NCBI GenBank assembly: GCA_965235115.1
Contig: OZ249451.1
Location: forward strand, 16,492,001 to 16,556,000
Source: Laetmonice hystrix
Taxonomy: Eukaryota
DNA length: 64,000 bases
Reading direction: 5' to 3'
In this document: positions 1-14,400 of the stretch, piece after piece
Layout: each line of letters begins with the position of its first letter
Position numbering within the stretch: position 1 is the stretch's first letter
Notes under the pieces: generated by a model
Seen by the model: the letters and a program-made list of their open reading frames with translations, nothing else
What the model was told of the DNA's origin: nothing
Database searches by the model: none
Program-made: the position numbers and the translations under genes

Positions 1-1830
1 AATATTGCTTGGTAAACAAAGACAGACTTATCAGTTTCATTTTGTGTGAGAAATCGAAGTTTATGAAGCTCCCTTGCCCGCTTTTCTACCGATTTCGTAA
101 ACTATTTTTTGGGTGGCATTCTGATGCCGGACGATGGAGTGCAACTGCTAAATTGTTTACAACGAAGCAAAGCACGTGACTAAGCACATGCAGAGAGTAC
201 ACACGCAGGATGTGACACAGTATGAAATTACACGGGTTGATGGGAGGTTGTCTATAGCAAATTATGGCGGGATGTGAGCTATCGGGAGAAATCCATAGGT
301 TTGGTCGTATAGAATCTACTTGTGCTGCATACGCAGCGAAAACACGTCGGAGGACAAAATGCTGTGGTAGGATTATTTACTTGGATCCCTAGTACACGGT
401 CATGTTGGATAATTGCCAGAAATCCTCCAAAATGTGTTTCATAGCATGCCCCTTTAATGCACCACAACATGGTTGGTAAATGCCTATCATGAAAGGTACG
501 CACTTTAAAAACTAAACATAAGAATTGTCTCTGACATAAGTTGTCTGTTTATTAATTTTACAAGAGTAGCCCATAGAAAAACTAGGGCTACGATATATGC
601 CCCTCGCTCGACTGAGATTGGGGCATCCAATCTCTAAAGGACAAAAATATGTATAGTCCCCGGACTATGTCATAATTACTACCATACTTATACGTAACAT
701 GATTTTTATACAAAACATGTCATAAATGCAAGAACTAAATACTTGTATACAGTCACACCAGGAATTTTGGTACAGCACAAATATGAGACCATTTCGTAAT
801 GACACGCACTGAGTATGAATATCCAAGGAGATGCTTAAAAACGGACAGTTTGTGAAGCATCTCTTCTTGACGGTGTTTTCCAGAAAACACAGAATGCCTT
901 TCAGTATGGTGTTCGGCACGAAATGTTTATGCAACACCCTTGTTGTTGACCACATGAAAGTTTATGTGTATCACCGTATTGGATACATGGAAAGTTTATG
1001 TGTTTGGTGTGTCTTAAGACTTTTTCACTTTATTTCTTGAAGGTTGTCAACTGTTGAACTGATGACGGTTGACACATTATTGCCCTGTTTTTGCTTGCTT
1101 CTTGTTTCTCTTGTTGGTTGCTGTTACATTGTCGACTAATGTCTTGGAGATCTTACCTGGCTTAACCAGATTGGTAAGGTTGTTTGAGTCTAACCAGGGG
1201 CCAGGCGAAATCGCAGGTACCATGACAGTTCAAGGAATGATGTCAACCTGGTTGAACGTTCTGGGAAGCCAGTTCGGCCTGGTTTCACGCTTACCTTGTC
1301 AAAATCCATGCACCTTCTGTCCCGAGGATACTTCCTAGGTTTAATATACGTATGTATTGTAAACAGGGGGCAGCGAAATGCACTGTCACCTTCACATTCC
1401 ACATTTTTTGCCGGAAACACTCAAAAAAAAAAACAGTGCTTTCTGCCATCGGGAATGTCTGACCTGCAGGCATAGCGTTGCAACAGGTGACATGATCACG
1501 TGATTGTGGCTATAGTCTCGCGTTCTGTGAAAAGGGTGTAAAGTAGCCCGGCTAAAACTCTTTCGCTAAAAAGACGCGCGTCATTCCAAATTTGCTGCTT
1601 TTTTTAAATATTTTTAAAAAAATATTCACGAAATCCAATCAGGAAAGTAGGCAGTGCTATAGAACATAATTACCAGACTATATATACAAGCAGTATTTTT
1701 GCCAATTTGTAAAATCTGTATGAAATAATTGACATTATTCCTTTAATTAGGTACAGTCAAAATCTCCCCCCCCCCCCCAAAAAAAAATGAGGTGGGCCCC
1801 TTCTCAAAATCCTGCCCCCCCCCCCTTATC

Positions 1831-1851
1831 AAAATCCTGGATCATCCACTG
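1831..1851 (-). mobile_element. Probable terminus of a short non-autonomous interspersed repeat, same family as 14712-14872
   Basis: Reverse complement (CAGTGGATGATCCAGGATTTT) shares GATCCAGGATTTT with 14713-14732. Both sit next to poly-G/poly-C tracts. Confidence 0.4.
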
Positions 1852-3943
1852 GTTACCCTCGTTTCGGTCTCGAACTTTAAGGGTTATTTTCCCGGCCTCT
1901 ACCAACAGCTACGCAAGGACAGTGCATTCAGTACATTTAGCACATTCTGACTACTTTGAAGATCGATCAGAGAACTCGAAATGGGAGAAAAGGGGGGAGA
2001 ACATCCCGAAACGGGAGATTTGACGAGGGTTACTGGAATTATCCTCGTCCGGTAGTCCACAGTGTAGTTGATTGGTCACCTGCCGCTGGTGGTAGGCCTA
2101 TAGGAGGTTCTGACACTTTAAACGTGAAGGATTCAGGAGATAGCAAATTTGCCCCTTCAACCCCATGATTTAGTTCAAGGTCAAGTAAGTCAGCGAACCA
2201 CAACTTTATTTCACTAGTCACCTGGTCGCAGCGCCACCTTCTGGATACCAAGAGGCCTTTGGCGGCGCCACTATCGGGTCAGGGTGGAAGGTGCCTTGTG
2301 CCTTGGAGTGTGACACGAGGGCTGGGAGCACGGTGTTACAATTAGTGATTGGAGTTGGGTATGACGGCCTGGACTCGGGTTGATTTTGCTAGGGGGGGGG
2401 GTAGTTCTGGGAGTTGAGTGGCTTTACGGTGGTTTGAAGAGCAGGAACGTAGCCTGGCTCAGAATCCCAGGGGGGCCAGTGTCCTACATTCTGAAAACCA
2501 GATTGGCCTACCGCGTGATAGCGCGTTATTGCGCCGGTCGAGCGGGGTCCAAATGCCAGATACGATCGTCAGGACTTGGGCCTTGTAGAGTCAGACCAAT
2601 CCCTGATTTTTAGTTGTTCTCAATATAAGCGCTGCCTTTGCGTAGCTGTATGTATAGGGCGAGAAAAACTGGTCAACCGGAATCGGTTACGAGGGTAACT
2701 GACACCAATCAAACCTGCATGACGAGTGTAATTTGCCTCGCGTGGTGTGACTACTATAGTCGGTTCGTGTAACATGGGTTCATTAAAGGTAATATGTCAC
2801 GAATTTATAACCTATATAGCGCGTGTTTACATCTCGAGTAATCACAGCGAGAGTCACGTGATCATGGGACCGGTTCAAACTTTGCGCTGCAGTGTCGTCG
2901 CACTTTGCGGACACTGCAGCTAGTTTTATTTAGTTTTCTACATTAGGGATAATTTCACAGCTGTCTACTCGTAGTATGTGTCAACAGAATCAATATGAAA
3001 AACAATCAGTGCCATAAAGTACGTCAGTGGTGAGCAGGTAAGCAGAAAACTGAAGATTTCGGTCGATGCCCCCCGTGACATATTTCCTTTAACATATTCA
3101 TGAGCAGTGTTCCAAGAGTTACGCACCGGAACTCGGGGTTGACGACCGTTACGTTGTCCTTGAAACTATCCACTTTCCTCAAGATACGCTAGGTACCCGT
3201 TTTCAGTACCTCCGACGCCTCACCTCCCGCCTTGGGCCCACTGTTTGATGCGCCCTACGGCGCTACTCACATTTAACTGTTCAATACATTTTTAACCCTT
3301 TAACATAATATTTTTGAACGATAATGTTCCTATTTATAGAGTTGGGAACGCAGTGTGCACTCACTGTCTAGAGTAATACCAATTCCTGGAGATTTACTTA
3401 TTATTACCATTAGTTACCAAATGGGACGGTGACACCCTTTCTGTTCAGAAATAGTTTAATCGCCTTAAATTAAAGCTGGGCACGTGCAGTGTGGGCTTAC
3501 TGTCCAACAAATATTTTTAATAATTATAATAAACGGGTGTTGCCCAAATAACAATATTATTTGTCTTCGAGTTTTTCCTGCATGTACGTTGGACCAATCG
3601 AGAGACTTGAGGATATCACAGCGACAACTCGTTACGTAGAGGTAGGTTTTAGAAAGGTCTATAATATGGTTTCATTTTCCGATTTTAAGGCAATAATCCG
3701 GAGGAGAAACGCCTCGTGGAACAATCCTCCTTGAGAACAATTAGCCGGATTTTTTTCATTCCTTTATTTATAGGCCTACTGGGAAATTTTCCGTACATGG
3801 GATACTGGTTTTCAAACCTGCCCAGTTCGAAAAGCTACCATCAATCAACTTTACCAAGTATAATTTTTACGAATGGCTCTAACAGGAATGCATGCTAAGA
3901 ACGCCCGCTGTTTCCACGATTATGAAGCAGCGATGCGACCAGT

Positions 3944-4186
3944 GCCCGGTTTCTTGGTGGAGCTTGAGCTGAAATTCTTGGCTCAAGCTCAAGGATTTGG
4001 AGCTTGAGCCAAGGATTCTCGGCTCAAGCTCAAATTTGGGTTTCACAGTCAGACGGCCGTTGAGCTTGAGCTTGAGCTGGGACATGACTTCATGGCTTGA
4101 GCTTGAGCCGAGAATCCTTGGCTCAAGCTCCAAATCCTTGAGCTTGAGCCAAGAATTTCAGCTCAAGCTCCACCAAGAAACCGGGC
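3944..4186. mobile_element. Foldback/MITE-like element: 90-bp perfect inverted repeats (3944-4033 and 4097-4186) around a 63-bp spacer, built from GAGCTT/AAGCTC subrepeats
   Basis: The reverse complement of the left arm matches the right arm base for base. The ORF track shows the same peptide (LELEPRILGSSS) on both strands as a result. No coding capacity. Confidence 0.8.
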
Positions 4187-4806
4187 CCAGGAATCCAGTC
4201 AGGAGCACCAAATGTTGAGAGAGCATAAAACCATATTTTACCACTTGAACTGACTTTTGCCTCAACAACTTGCTCACGATTCGCTATAATCTTATAGAAA
4301 TACCTGGAAATGGGCTTCAGATGTCGGAATGAGGTTACGGAAATAGCCAAAATACCAAAGCAGCGATCTGGTGCAATCTGATTGTCATCGTCCTTTAAAA
4401 CATGGCGACTTCCCTACTTATATCGTCCATAACAACCAGAAAAATGATACCCTTTGAAAGGTGTCATTGTGTACAAAATGAAACATCCTAATGACTTCTT
4501 AGTCTCAACCGAGATGATACAACTTCCATTTCCAAGTGGTGTTTCTTTCTTTCTGTCTTTTTTCATGTGCGTTTGCGACCCCGGCTAAACAAATATTACG
4601 TCTGATAGACAGCAGCGAATGACAAAAAAAGGAGGGGATTGTTGCACAAATACAGTGCCGACGTAATGTACATAGGACTGTCATCTCGACACACATGCAT
4701 TTGTGGACAATTCACCAAATTCCAACGCTTGGTATCAGCCCTATTACTGGCATAGGTCAGCTGAGTGGATGATAGAATCGCAAACTGGTACGAGAGTTTC
4801 CGGATC

Positions 4807-4893
4807 TATAAATAGGAAGTGGACCCAAGGCAGACGTCACTTGGGGACTGGCGACTGGACTGGACGGACGGTGGAAACAAGGATAGTCAAAAG
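4807..4893 (+). promoter_or_regulatory. TATA box and predicted non-coding first exon of the thyroglobulin-repeat gene
   Basis: TATAAATA at 4807-4814 and an Inr-like TCACT with A at 4839 (32 nt downstream). Strong donor AAG|GTAAGG at 4893/4894. Matching acceptor TTTGTTAG| at 5768, 9 nt before the ATG at 5778. Confidence 0.6.
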
Positions 4894-5777
4894 GTAAGGG
4901 TGCGATTCACTTTTACAATCTCCGATTACTGCTGGACAAGGGGATATAATTTTATAGTGAGATATTCTCAATGAATATAGATTACATAACGGTACATTAA
5001 GGTAGATACATGAATGAATTCATATATACATACGTTAACGCCTCTTTTTCTTGTTTCATGTATTATTTTAAGAATGGATCCCAATTGACAATACACGTAT
5101 TCTATTTGCCCTACACCGTGGAGGTATGATCCGTCTATGCCCCAGGACCGAGCTGACTCGTTCAAAATAACTTTGACAACTATGTGGATATCTGTGCCAT
5201 ATTTTGGCTTGGCCCTAGTTAGACATGTCAACCCCGTAGTCAGGGGTTCGCTTCGATGAAATAACTATTTACATTCAGGGTTGGGAGTAAATACTGGGGC
5301 GACAGTTACTGAGTGGAGCCAAGGGCCCCTAGCCTGAGCTTGGTGGTGAGGAGCCATATAGTCAAGTATTGTGAATGTTGACAGAATGGTGGCCCAAATG
5401 ACCAAGGCAGTACTTGCGACCTTCATGCGAGCTTTATCTGAATGTGATATTGGGATTGTTTCAAGTATCAAATCATATTTTTGGTATCAAGGACGCATGC
5501 AGCACCAACGTATATATTACAGGGGGAATTTATTTCCACCTTTAAATAAAAAATCGCCTAGACACCGCAAGACCAATCGCATTGGTGGGTTCGGCTGGAA
5601 ACTCCTTAGTACTTACACAAAGATCAAATATTCCGTATATTACAAAGATACAATATGTAAGATTATGGCCCTTTATCTTTTGAATGAACCTTTGCAATTG
5701 CGGACCTGAATTGTGTTGAGCGTAGTCATTTTGACGTGGCGTTATTCTCTTCTTTCTTTCTTTGTTAGGTGTACAAA

Positions 5778-8469
5778 ATGAATCCGATTGGAGTGTTGGT
5801 TTTCGTTTTGTGTTCCACCTTCTTCCACCAGGTGGCGTCCCAGGGTCCTCGCGGTAAGTTTTTGCTTCCACCATCTGGGGCAGATTGGGCAGAGGAGTTT
5901 AAAGCTACCTTACCTAAAGTTTTAAAAAAGGCCCGTCAGTCAAGACCTCGCTATTGTAGACTTTGACATGATAATGCATTATCATTACAGATATTATCCC
6001 TGATAATGCATTATCATTACAGATATTATCCCTGACACTGATGATGACTACTCGGAAAAAGATTGGTCTCAATTTTCCCCGCTTATACAAAATTCCCCCA
6101 TCTAATCTCCTTCCGCGATAAATAGATATGAGGACATTGCAAATTAATGTTTATACTACGTTATTTATATGTTATTTATGATACTTATATGATAGTAAAG
6201 GGTAATTTTTTGAGATAATGTACACTACCAGACACTGCCATACAATATCCTGAGTTCTTATCACTAAAGATCTAGTACACGGAAACTCCGTTTATGACAA
6301 ACATCCGCTATATGACAGTCATATGATATGTAGCATAATTCCAAATACCTAAAATAATTTGATACCAAATACGATGTCACTAATCAACAGGGGCTGGAGG
6401 GGCATGCACTCGCAGCCGGTACCATTTAGATGAAGGATGTGGCAAAGGGCTCATCTGCGGCGATGACGACAAATGTGTCCAAGCAGGTAGGAACTATATT
6501 ATTTGAGCTTTTGTTTATGGAATAGTATTGATTTATTTCATATAATATTATTATAAAATTAAATATCGAAATTGCAGAAGTTAAGTTTTGACAGATTTGA
6601 TATCAGAATGTTTCCTCCTGCTTTGATATCGCTTCAGCTACCCGATTAGTGTTCACAGTTGAAAGGCGTAGTCTTTTTAAAGAATAATCAATGTACTACT
6701 AGTTTCACATTTTTTTGAGGTTATAAAAATTACATTATACTCATTTTCTGTATCTTCAGAAACCTGTAGGGAAAAATATGAAGAGTATTTGGAAAACAGG
6801 GGTAAGATTCAGGACCTGGAACCTCCGAGTTGCGATGCTGATGGGAACTTTAACCTAATCCAGTGTTACGCCATGTGGACAGGCAATGGACAGTGAGTGA
6901 GAGTGAGAGACTTACAGAATGCTAACATTTCCTTTTGAGTCTATTTCCTTAATTGCGAGATTTGCAGGCAAAATCGGATATTTTACATTGAATTGAAAAA
7001 GACACACGTCTTTCGCCCGGTTTATTTTGTTTTGGCTTTTGGCCATAAGTCACCAGTAAACGGTGATATGTGTACCTAATTTAAGCTATAAAATAAATAT
7101 CTTAACTGTGATGTGTGGACCATCAACCAGGTCATCATAATGATAAGAGTTATTAACATTTTTCAATACTTTCTCCACATTATTGTGTTTAACCTTCATT
7201 TTAACCGTCGTAAGTAAAAAGTAGTTCCAGTCATCCTTACCACACAGTCGAATAAGGTAGTCCGTACCTCAATCATCAAACACCAGTATGAATGCATTGT
7301 TTTGATTGGTTTCCTGCCCAGTTGTGGATGCGTTGATAAGTACACTGGGGGAAGGATGAGTGTGGGGCTCTCCGGCCGGTCGGATGAGGCCAAGAAAATG
7401 ACGTGCCGTAAGTTTTAACCAGTAAACATTGTAATAGTTTATAGAATGTTTGAGTTAGGAATTTCGTATGCCACTGACAGGGAAATATGCAGATATGATT
7501 AGGTAGTTCGAAATTTGGAATTAAATAACGTTTCCAAATATATTTGGGCTTGAAAATAGCATGATCACCATAGGTGAATGGGAATCTTGTCCGTACCTAT
7601 ACTGTTCTGCTGAAAATTGTACTGCTAAAAAATTATACTGTGTATTAATGGAGTAAGTAAAAATGCAGTCAATGTTGTCTTGTTCTTGGCCTAGTTTTTC
7701 TGGGAGTCTGTAGCTATCATTTTGTACTTGCCGCAGAATGCGCACAAGACAAGGCTGACCGGTTCTACCGTTTCGGGAACATGCCCGGTGTTTCTTTCAA
7801 CTGCCATGACGTAACAGGAGATTACAAACCGGCAAAATGTGTAGGATCTGTGTAAGTCTGTCATAGGTCACGGATTTTGTCCGAGTCCACTTGTATCCTA
7901 TCATATTAGTAGGCAGGTTTCTATAAAGTATGTAAAGTTAATCAAGCATGCATTCTTTTTGAAAATGCATGCGTTATGTCGAATCCTGACATGAATATGT
8001 TCATGTTCCTCTCAAAGGTATATGTAAGTACATTGTATCATTATAACTTGGGAAGAATGTGAATTGCCAATCTGTCTCCCTTTTTCCTCGCCAGATGTCG
8101 CTGTGTCACCCGCAGTGGCGACCTTATTCCTGGATACGGAGATATCCCAATCGGAACATCAGACTGCCGTAAGGAAATACTCCTAGATTTGTATAGATAT
8201 ATATTAAGTATATTTTAGTAAATATCTACATCAAAACGATTACATGTATACGGTATGTTAACATATTTATGTTTTTACTTTGTTCATTCCCGCTAGAGTG
8301 CGCTCGTGACAAGGATGACGGTGGCCTGCCGTTCCAATGTAAGTCGGATGGAAGCCACTACAAGAAGCAATGTTTTGGCAACATCTGTTTCTGCGTCCGT
8401 AGACTGGAACAGGTCCTGGCTTCTTCCGGCTCAGGCCACCCGCCGGCTCCCAATGTCGACCAGTGCTGA
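5778..8469 (+). CDS. Secreted protein with three thyroglobulin type-1 repeats (equistatin/saxiphilin-like thyropin candidate), 250 aa, 7 coding exons
   Basis: Exons 5778-5853, 6391-6486, 6760-6892, 7322-7407, 7737-7851, 8095-8168, 8297-8469. All introns are GT-AG, phases are consistent, total 753 nt. Signal peptide MNPIGVLVFVLCSTFFHQVAS, then a 4-Cys module and three Tg1 repeats (C..CDADGNFNLIQC..CGCVD..C; C..CHDVTGDYKPAKC..CRCV..C; C..CKSDGSHYKKQC..CFCV..C). ATTAAA at 8559 and AATAAA at 8717. Confidence 0.9.
5969..6032. repeat. Exact 2 x 32-bp tandem duplication in an intron; each unit starts with a 16-bp palindrome
   Basis: TGATAATGCATTATCATTACAGATATTATCCC at 5969-6000 and 6001-6032. TGATAATGCATTATCA is self-complementary. 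Confidence 0.9.
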
Positions 8470-11400
8470 GGGTCTGATGCGGACAGAAACAGGGGACAGA
8501 TCGGATGGACCCTTGACCAAAAGAAAGCCACAAAGTGTAGTTGTTTCTAACAGAAAGTATTAAATAGATTATTTTGTGCGTTAAGTCTTTGTCTATGTTT
8601 TCTTCCATGTACTTTTGTCCACACGTACACCGAATTGATTATGCCATTCAGTAAGCCCTGGGTATATTTCTGTATAGACACCAGTGTGGAAACTTCGGAA
8701 AGTCATGGTCATATTAAATAAAACTATTGTAGGGTATTGAACATTAATCGTTTTGGGGAGGGGGATTTGTGCAAAAGAATAAAAGATGTCTATTTTCTGG
8801 CTTGAGATCCGTCTCCCCTCGAAAGATGGCGTTGTGCCCCCCCTCTCCCAACACGCACATAACAAGGTCTAGCAATTAACAGGAATATAAGTGTTCGATA
8901 TGGCATGGACGGCTAGGCCCGTCTCCATCTTGATTTCTCAAAAAGATTGTGAACTCCGTTTCTTCTCGCTCTCATCTAGGTCCGTAGGCGAAGGGGTGGG
9001 GGGTGGGGGGAGGTACCTGGGTTACAAGTAACCTACCCACAGGGCCAACCAACATCCGCCTGGTCAATAGGAAACATTTAATAATATACTTTTCTCAAAT
9101 ATATCAATACAAGGTAGAATAAAGAATCTGCTCTAGCTCCAATATTGCCCTCGGACCCTTTGGACAGATCTCTACGCCCTAATGGACCTCGCCCCAGAAG
9201 TACCACCCACCCATTTCCAGACGGGTCTATGCGGGCCGGCCAGCGTATATTCCGCAGACGCCCAGTGATGTATGCCATTGATAATAAAGGCCCATTCTGT
9301 ATGGATATACTCATTTATAATATGCAACCATTACATATAATAAACGTCCATTTTGTATTACTCTTTATTACATAATGGTGCTATAAAATGGGTCTTTTTT
9401 TATATTAAAAATGAGGACATCTAGTACAAGCGAGTAACACCAGGTGTCAGCTCAGTCGCCGACGTATAAACCCGGCACCCCGGCTTGAGATGTAACTCCT
9501 TGATCTTCCACTAGGTGGCACTAATTTTCTCTTCATGTCGAACGCCATCTCCCGATAAAATTACACATCAAGCGAATCTTACGTATCCCTTGATTAGAGT
9601 AGAAACGGTCCTGGCCTTCAGGCTTGAAATTCTCGGACTTGGGGCAGACAATTTATACGAAATGACGAATTTTGTCACCTACCGGGAGACTCAAAGGATA
9701 TCTCATGTAGTCCAATCCCTGAACATTCTACATACCAATCTTAACGCATCATCTTCTGACCATAGCTCAATACTGTGCCAAAGTTACTTTTAAATTATGT
9801 CTACAGTGAATGTTGTTGGTGGATATTTTGGCCTACTGTATTATATCAATGTATCAATATATTGGTTTATCCTGAATTCCGCAAATATGTATGTATAGCT
9901 ACATACTGTATAGCTACATACAGAGCCGAATCCGGATTGGGTAAACATTTTGATCGGAAACTGGAATGGCAGTCCTCCTGGCCGCTGATGATATATAAGT
10001 TAGGCGACTTAAGATTTCTGCAGTAATATTTTGTGTTAGTTCCTATGCAGGTTGGGTCTGTACGAGCGAGGCACAGTAGCCTCCTGTACAGTGTTACGGT
10101 CTTGCCTTGAGAGATGTATCTGAAGTCTCTCCTTGTGTATAGAAGAGATAAATGGGTCGGCTGTACAGTGTGAGTAGGGAACACTATCCTCTCTGTTGCT
10201 GGTTTTTGTATTTTTTTTGTTGTTTTTCTTTTTGTTTTTTTTTTTCGTTTCGCCAAAGTGACATCAGGAACGCTGCAAGGGGCAGACGAACAGAGACAAA
10301 ACGCGGGAAACCACTATAACCGGCCTCGTCTATCCGACCTGCCTGTGTCAGAGCAGTCTCCCCAGTGCAGGACAGGATAAAAATTGGGCCACTTGATGCT
10401 GAGCCAGCAACTCTCCCGGAGGGCCGTGGCCCCCACCCCACCCCCACCCCTCACCCCCGCACTCCCAGTACCTCAACACTCGATCTTTGATGTTTTAATG
10501 GGAAACAGACAAGCGTAATTAAGCTGACATTTTCTTCATTGAGTCGACGACTTCATTGTTTTTATTTCATCATGTGTGATTTTACGCTGTGGAGCAAATG
10601 TTAAATGGTATCAGATTTGCCTTTAGGCCGTGAGGTTGAAGTTTAACTTTGTTGTTGTTATCGTCGTTCACAACATTAGTATATTTTCAGTTATAACCAG
10701 CTGGTTCATGTACAAAAATGAGATAAATAATAAAAACTTTGCGAACAGATGGGAGGCGAATGGAGGCAAGCAGTTTCAGTTAGAGTGGTGTGAGTATAAT
10801 GCTGGGTATACTAAAGGGGGACATGTTAGAGGTTGACCAACCATCTACAGTTTTTATCCGGGTCATGTAATGTATATTCTTCTGATAGCGTATTCCTGGC
10901 AGAGGCAAAGAGCACAGCGTGCAGTGTCGTTGGAAAACCACAAAATAGGTCAGCTGTAAATCTTCCTTTGTTTTCAATAAATAATAATATATAACACATT
11001 TAATAATAATTTGTGTAAAAAGAATAATAATAATAAAAAAATTTCTAAACAGCTCAAAACGTTAAACAGTGCACTGTTTTGCCCCCTTCCCCCTTCCCTC
11101 GCTGTGAACGCTTTCGACAATCAAGTTCAGAACCATCACTGGGTAATAGAAACCAAAGGATCTTTATTTTGTGTAGCTATTCCTTCTTCGCATACGACCT
11201 GCCATATCACAACATATGATTGGCAGGAAAATATATATCTACGGACATATATCCTGATATACAGTGGTGCTAATGCGGGTCAGCTCATTACTGACCGACA
11301 TACAACACATTATATCAGATGCTGGAATTATAATAAGGCATATTAACTCCATAATAGACGATTGGACTCGGATATCATTATCCTCATTAGGATAATTAGG

Positions 11401-14400
11401 CATCGATCTCTCCTATATATCCTCCTAAAATTACTGGGAATGTATGTAATAACATTTCTGTAAACAATAAAGTTATGTACCGTGAATTGTATACGACGTT
11501 TCATTTTTGTTATATTGTAAAAGAGTGGATTCTATATATTACTAAAAATAGTTTGACTACCAGTAGGGCTCAGTCAGTTTACAACTAGGAGTGATATAAT
11601 CATAGGTACACGACTAAACGGGAGAGTAAGGGGGTGTAATAAAATCATGAGGAATTCAAACCAATATTGTAAGGGGGAAAATACTGAATCGTGTTCAATA
11701 TTTGGCGAATATCCTTCAGGTACCCCCTGAACAGATGATGTCAGATATTATCTGTCCCCTTCGTACAACATCCTGGCCAAAAAATAATAATAAAATAGAA
11801 AACGTTTCTAAAGTTATTCGACGCTGAGAAAGTATGACCTGGTTTGATAACAATACGGCGGCAAACATGCGGCGCACACACAAAAAAAGCTCTGTATAAA
11901 AACAAGAAAAGAATTTGCACTCATACAGCATATAGAGGTCAAATTCCTACACTGCGTAAAGATGTCAAGTTTAAAACTTAATCATACAGTATTGAGGTTA
12001 ATGACTTTTAAACATTTTATAATTATCATTATGAATTTTTTTACATCACTTCCCATTTACATCGCAGTGAGTTCCCCCTCCTCCCAACGTTACTTCCGAT
12101 AATATATCTGCATTCCATCATCGTCACAAAACACTCTAGACGTAACACCCCCCATGACGTATCACATGACCGTTTTGTTGTATAGTCTGTGTTGCGAGCG
12201 TTGCATGTACTTTCAAAAGGGGGTCGGCTGGACTGTTAATAACGGCCGGCTGCTGGTGGCATACTGGTGGCGTGGTACAGACCTGGTTGTATAAACCGCG
12301 CGCCTAGCTGGAGTTTGCCTCAGTAGTGTGCACATATCCGGTAGGTTATAGAGCTGAGAGTGTGCGAGTGTGACGTCCCCCCCGGACCCGGACCGTCAAG
12401 CCGGTATACGGACCCCAAGGTCGGCCACGACACCGGTCGACAATCATCGGCCCCCGTCGGTATACATCATCAGTGCCCGCCGATATCTTCCGAACAAACC
12501 TGGATTGACATATATACGTCTCTATATTTCTGCAGCCGTTTTCACGTGTACATAAACTACAGATGCTAACATCATGTTATAGCAGCTGTTGTTGTTTACG
12601 GCATACTCTGACGATGCATCAGCGTCGCTGGATTTTTTTGTAAATTATCTTTGACATTTTCCTCCAGGAGTTGTTGTGGTTTACGTCTCTCCAGTGTAGT
12701 TGAGAGGGCCATACATTAACTGGGCGGAGCCAGTAGGTAGGTGTTTTAATGTACATGTTTATCTTTATTGGTTTGGAATAGAAAACATGCATTGGCATAA
12801 TCACAACACCTATTTATATTCATGCACATGTAAGCCTGCAAAGCAAACACGTGTAAATGCATGATGTAAGCTTGCATGGAACCTGCATATCACATGCAGA
12901 AACTATACATGATAATGTTGAAAATAAAATTGTCTACACTTGATAAAATATACCCACACGCACCAAGGCATGCACCCTCCCACATATAATACAGGCTTAT
13001 ATGGAGACCTATATCACACCTACATGTACGTTCATCCATGTATGCTATAGACGCCTATACCGTACATGTTATACTTATAGACCGGTACCGTCCTGGGACC
13101 CTGGGGTGAGAATGATCCTCGGGATGTTCTTAAAAAACGATGAATGGGGCGAGGGCTGGTGTGGATAAGTGGTTCAGTCTGACTCATCTGCGTGGCAAGA
13201 GTGGGGTTAGGTCCTCCGAGTATACCATTTCTCTCATTGACCTTCCCCAGTGCTCCACAACTGGGTCGTACAAACCTTTGGTATTTCCAAGTGTGTGACT
13301 GAGGATATAAAACAAATTTTGAAAAGAGTAGGGATTGTATCCCGGTGGCAGGTTTCTTTCTCACTTCATCCTCATCAGCGCCCCCACCCCCACCCACACC
13401 CCACCCCCACACCCGAGACACCGGGGTAGATTAGGTTCCACAACTGAACAAGTTTTATAGGGCGTACAATTCACTCACTCACTATCCAGACAATATACAC
13501 AAGCGAAAGCTATATAAACATACATTCGTGGACCATATTATGTACACTAATGCCAACTTTGTAGGACTAGTATTGCTTGGGCTGCAGACCTATATCCATG
13601 TAATTATTTACATTGATGCCAGGTTATATTGTCACCAATACCGATCTATATAAATACATAAACAAACATATATAATACAACCTATAATATTACATTATGA
13701 GATGTGCCGAAATTTCACGTCAGGGGCGGGCATGGCAGTAGGTGAGCTTTCTGAATACAACTTTGAAAAAAAAATCATCAGTCATGTCCTAATGCTTTCT
13801 CTGGTTTCTCTTTTGGGACACAGGTGCCATTGTTGATGGTTTATGGTGAGTGGAAGCAGTGAAACAGGCACCACGGCCAGAGGATAGACAGGCAGGGGAG
13901 AGACGGCGGGCTAGACCCGACCGACGCCCATGGCAGATCGAGATCCGTGACGGGTGTAAGGTTTCTCACGGAGTTCGGCGGGGGCCAGGGAGCGAGGGTG
14001 TAACGTACGGACGGGTAGGTAGAGAGACGAACAGACGGAACGAGCAGACGGTCCGGGGCGGCTGCCGTACGGACGCGGGAGGGAGTTCAACTCGGCGTTC
14101 CGAGAGATAATATACCACCAGCAAACGGTTTGAACATGGCACTATGGGGAACGTATAGAGCTAAAAGGTCGGGAGAACCACAGACTCCCTGACTCCTTGA
14201 TCCTCCCACGGGGATCATCCAGCCAGCAGGGGAGCACAAGGCAAAGTTGGAGCATCGAGAGGCAGGGTTATAGTCTCGTAAGCCGATGGACTTTACAGTT
14301 ACGTGGGCTGGCGCCATTTCTTTTGAAAACAACCACATGAAGGACCTCCACGCACGTAGCATCGACCAAATGTAAATACCGCAAAGAGTTGGGGCTACCA

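Noticed and set aside
1950-2650. GC-richer minus-strand segment with short protein-like frames
   Set aside because: Frames are broken by stops and no family motif was recognised; it needs blastx.
3879-4218. Repetitive ORFs (MELEPRILGSSS) on both strands
   Set aside because: By-product of the inverted repeat element.
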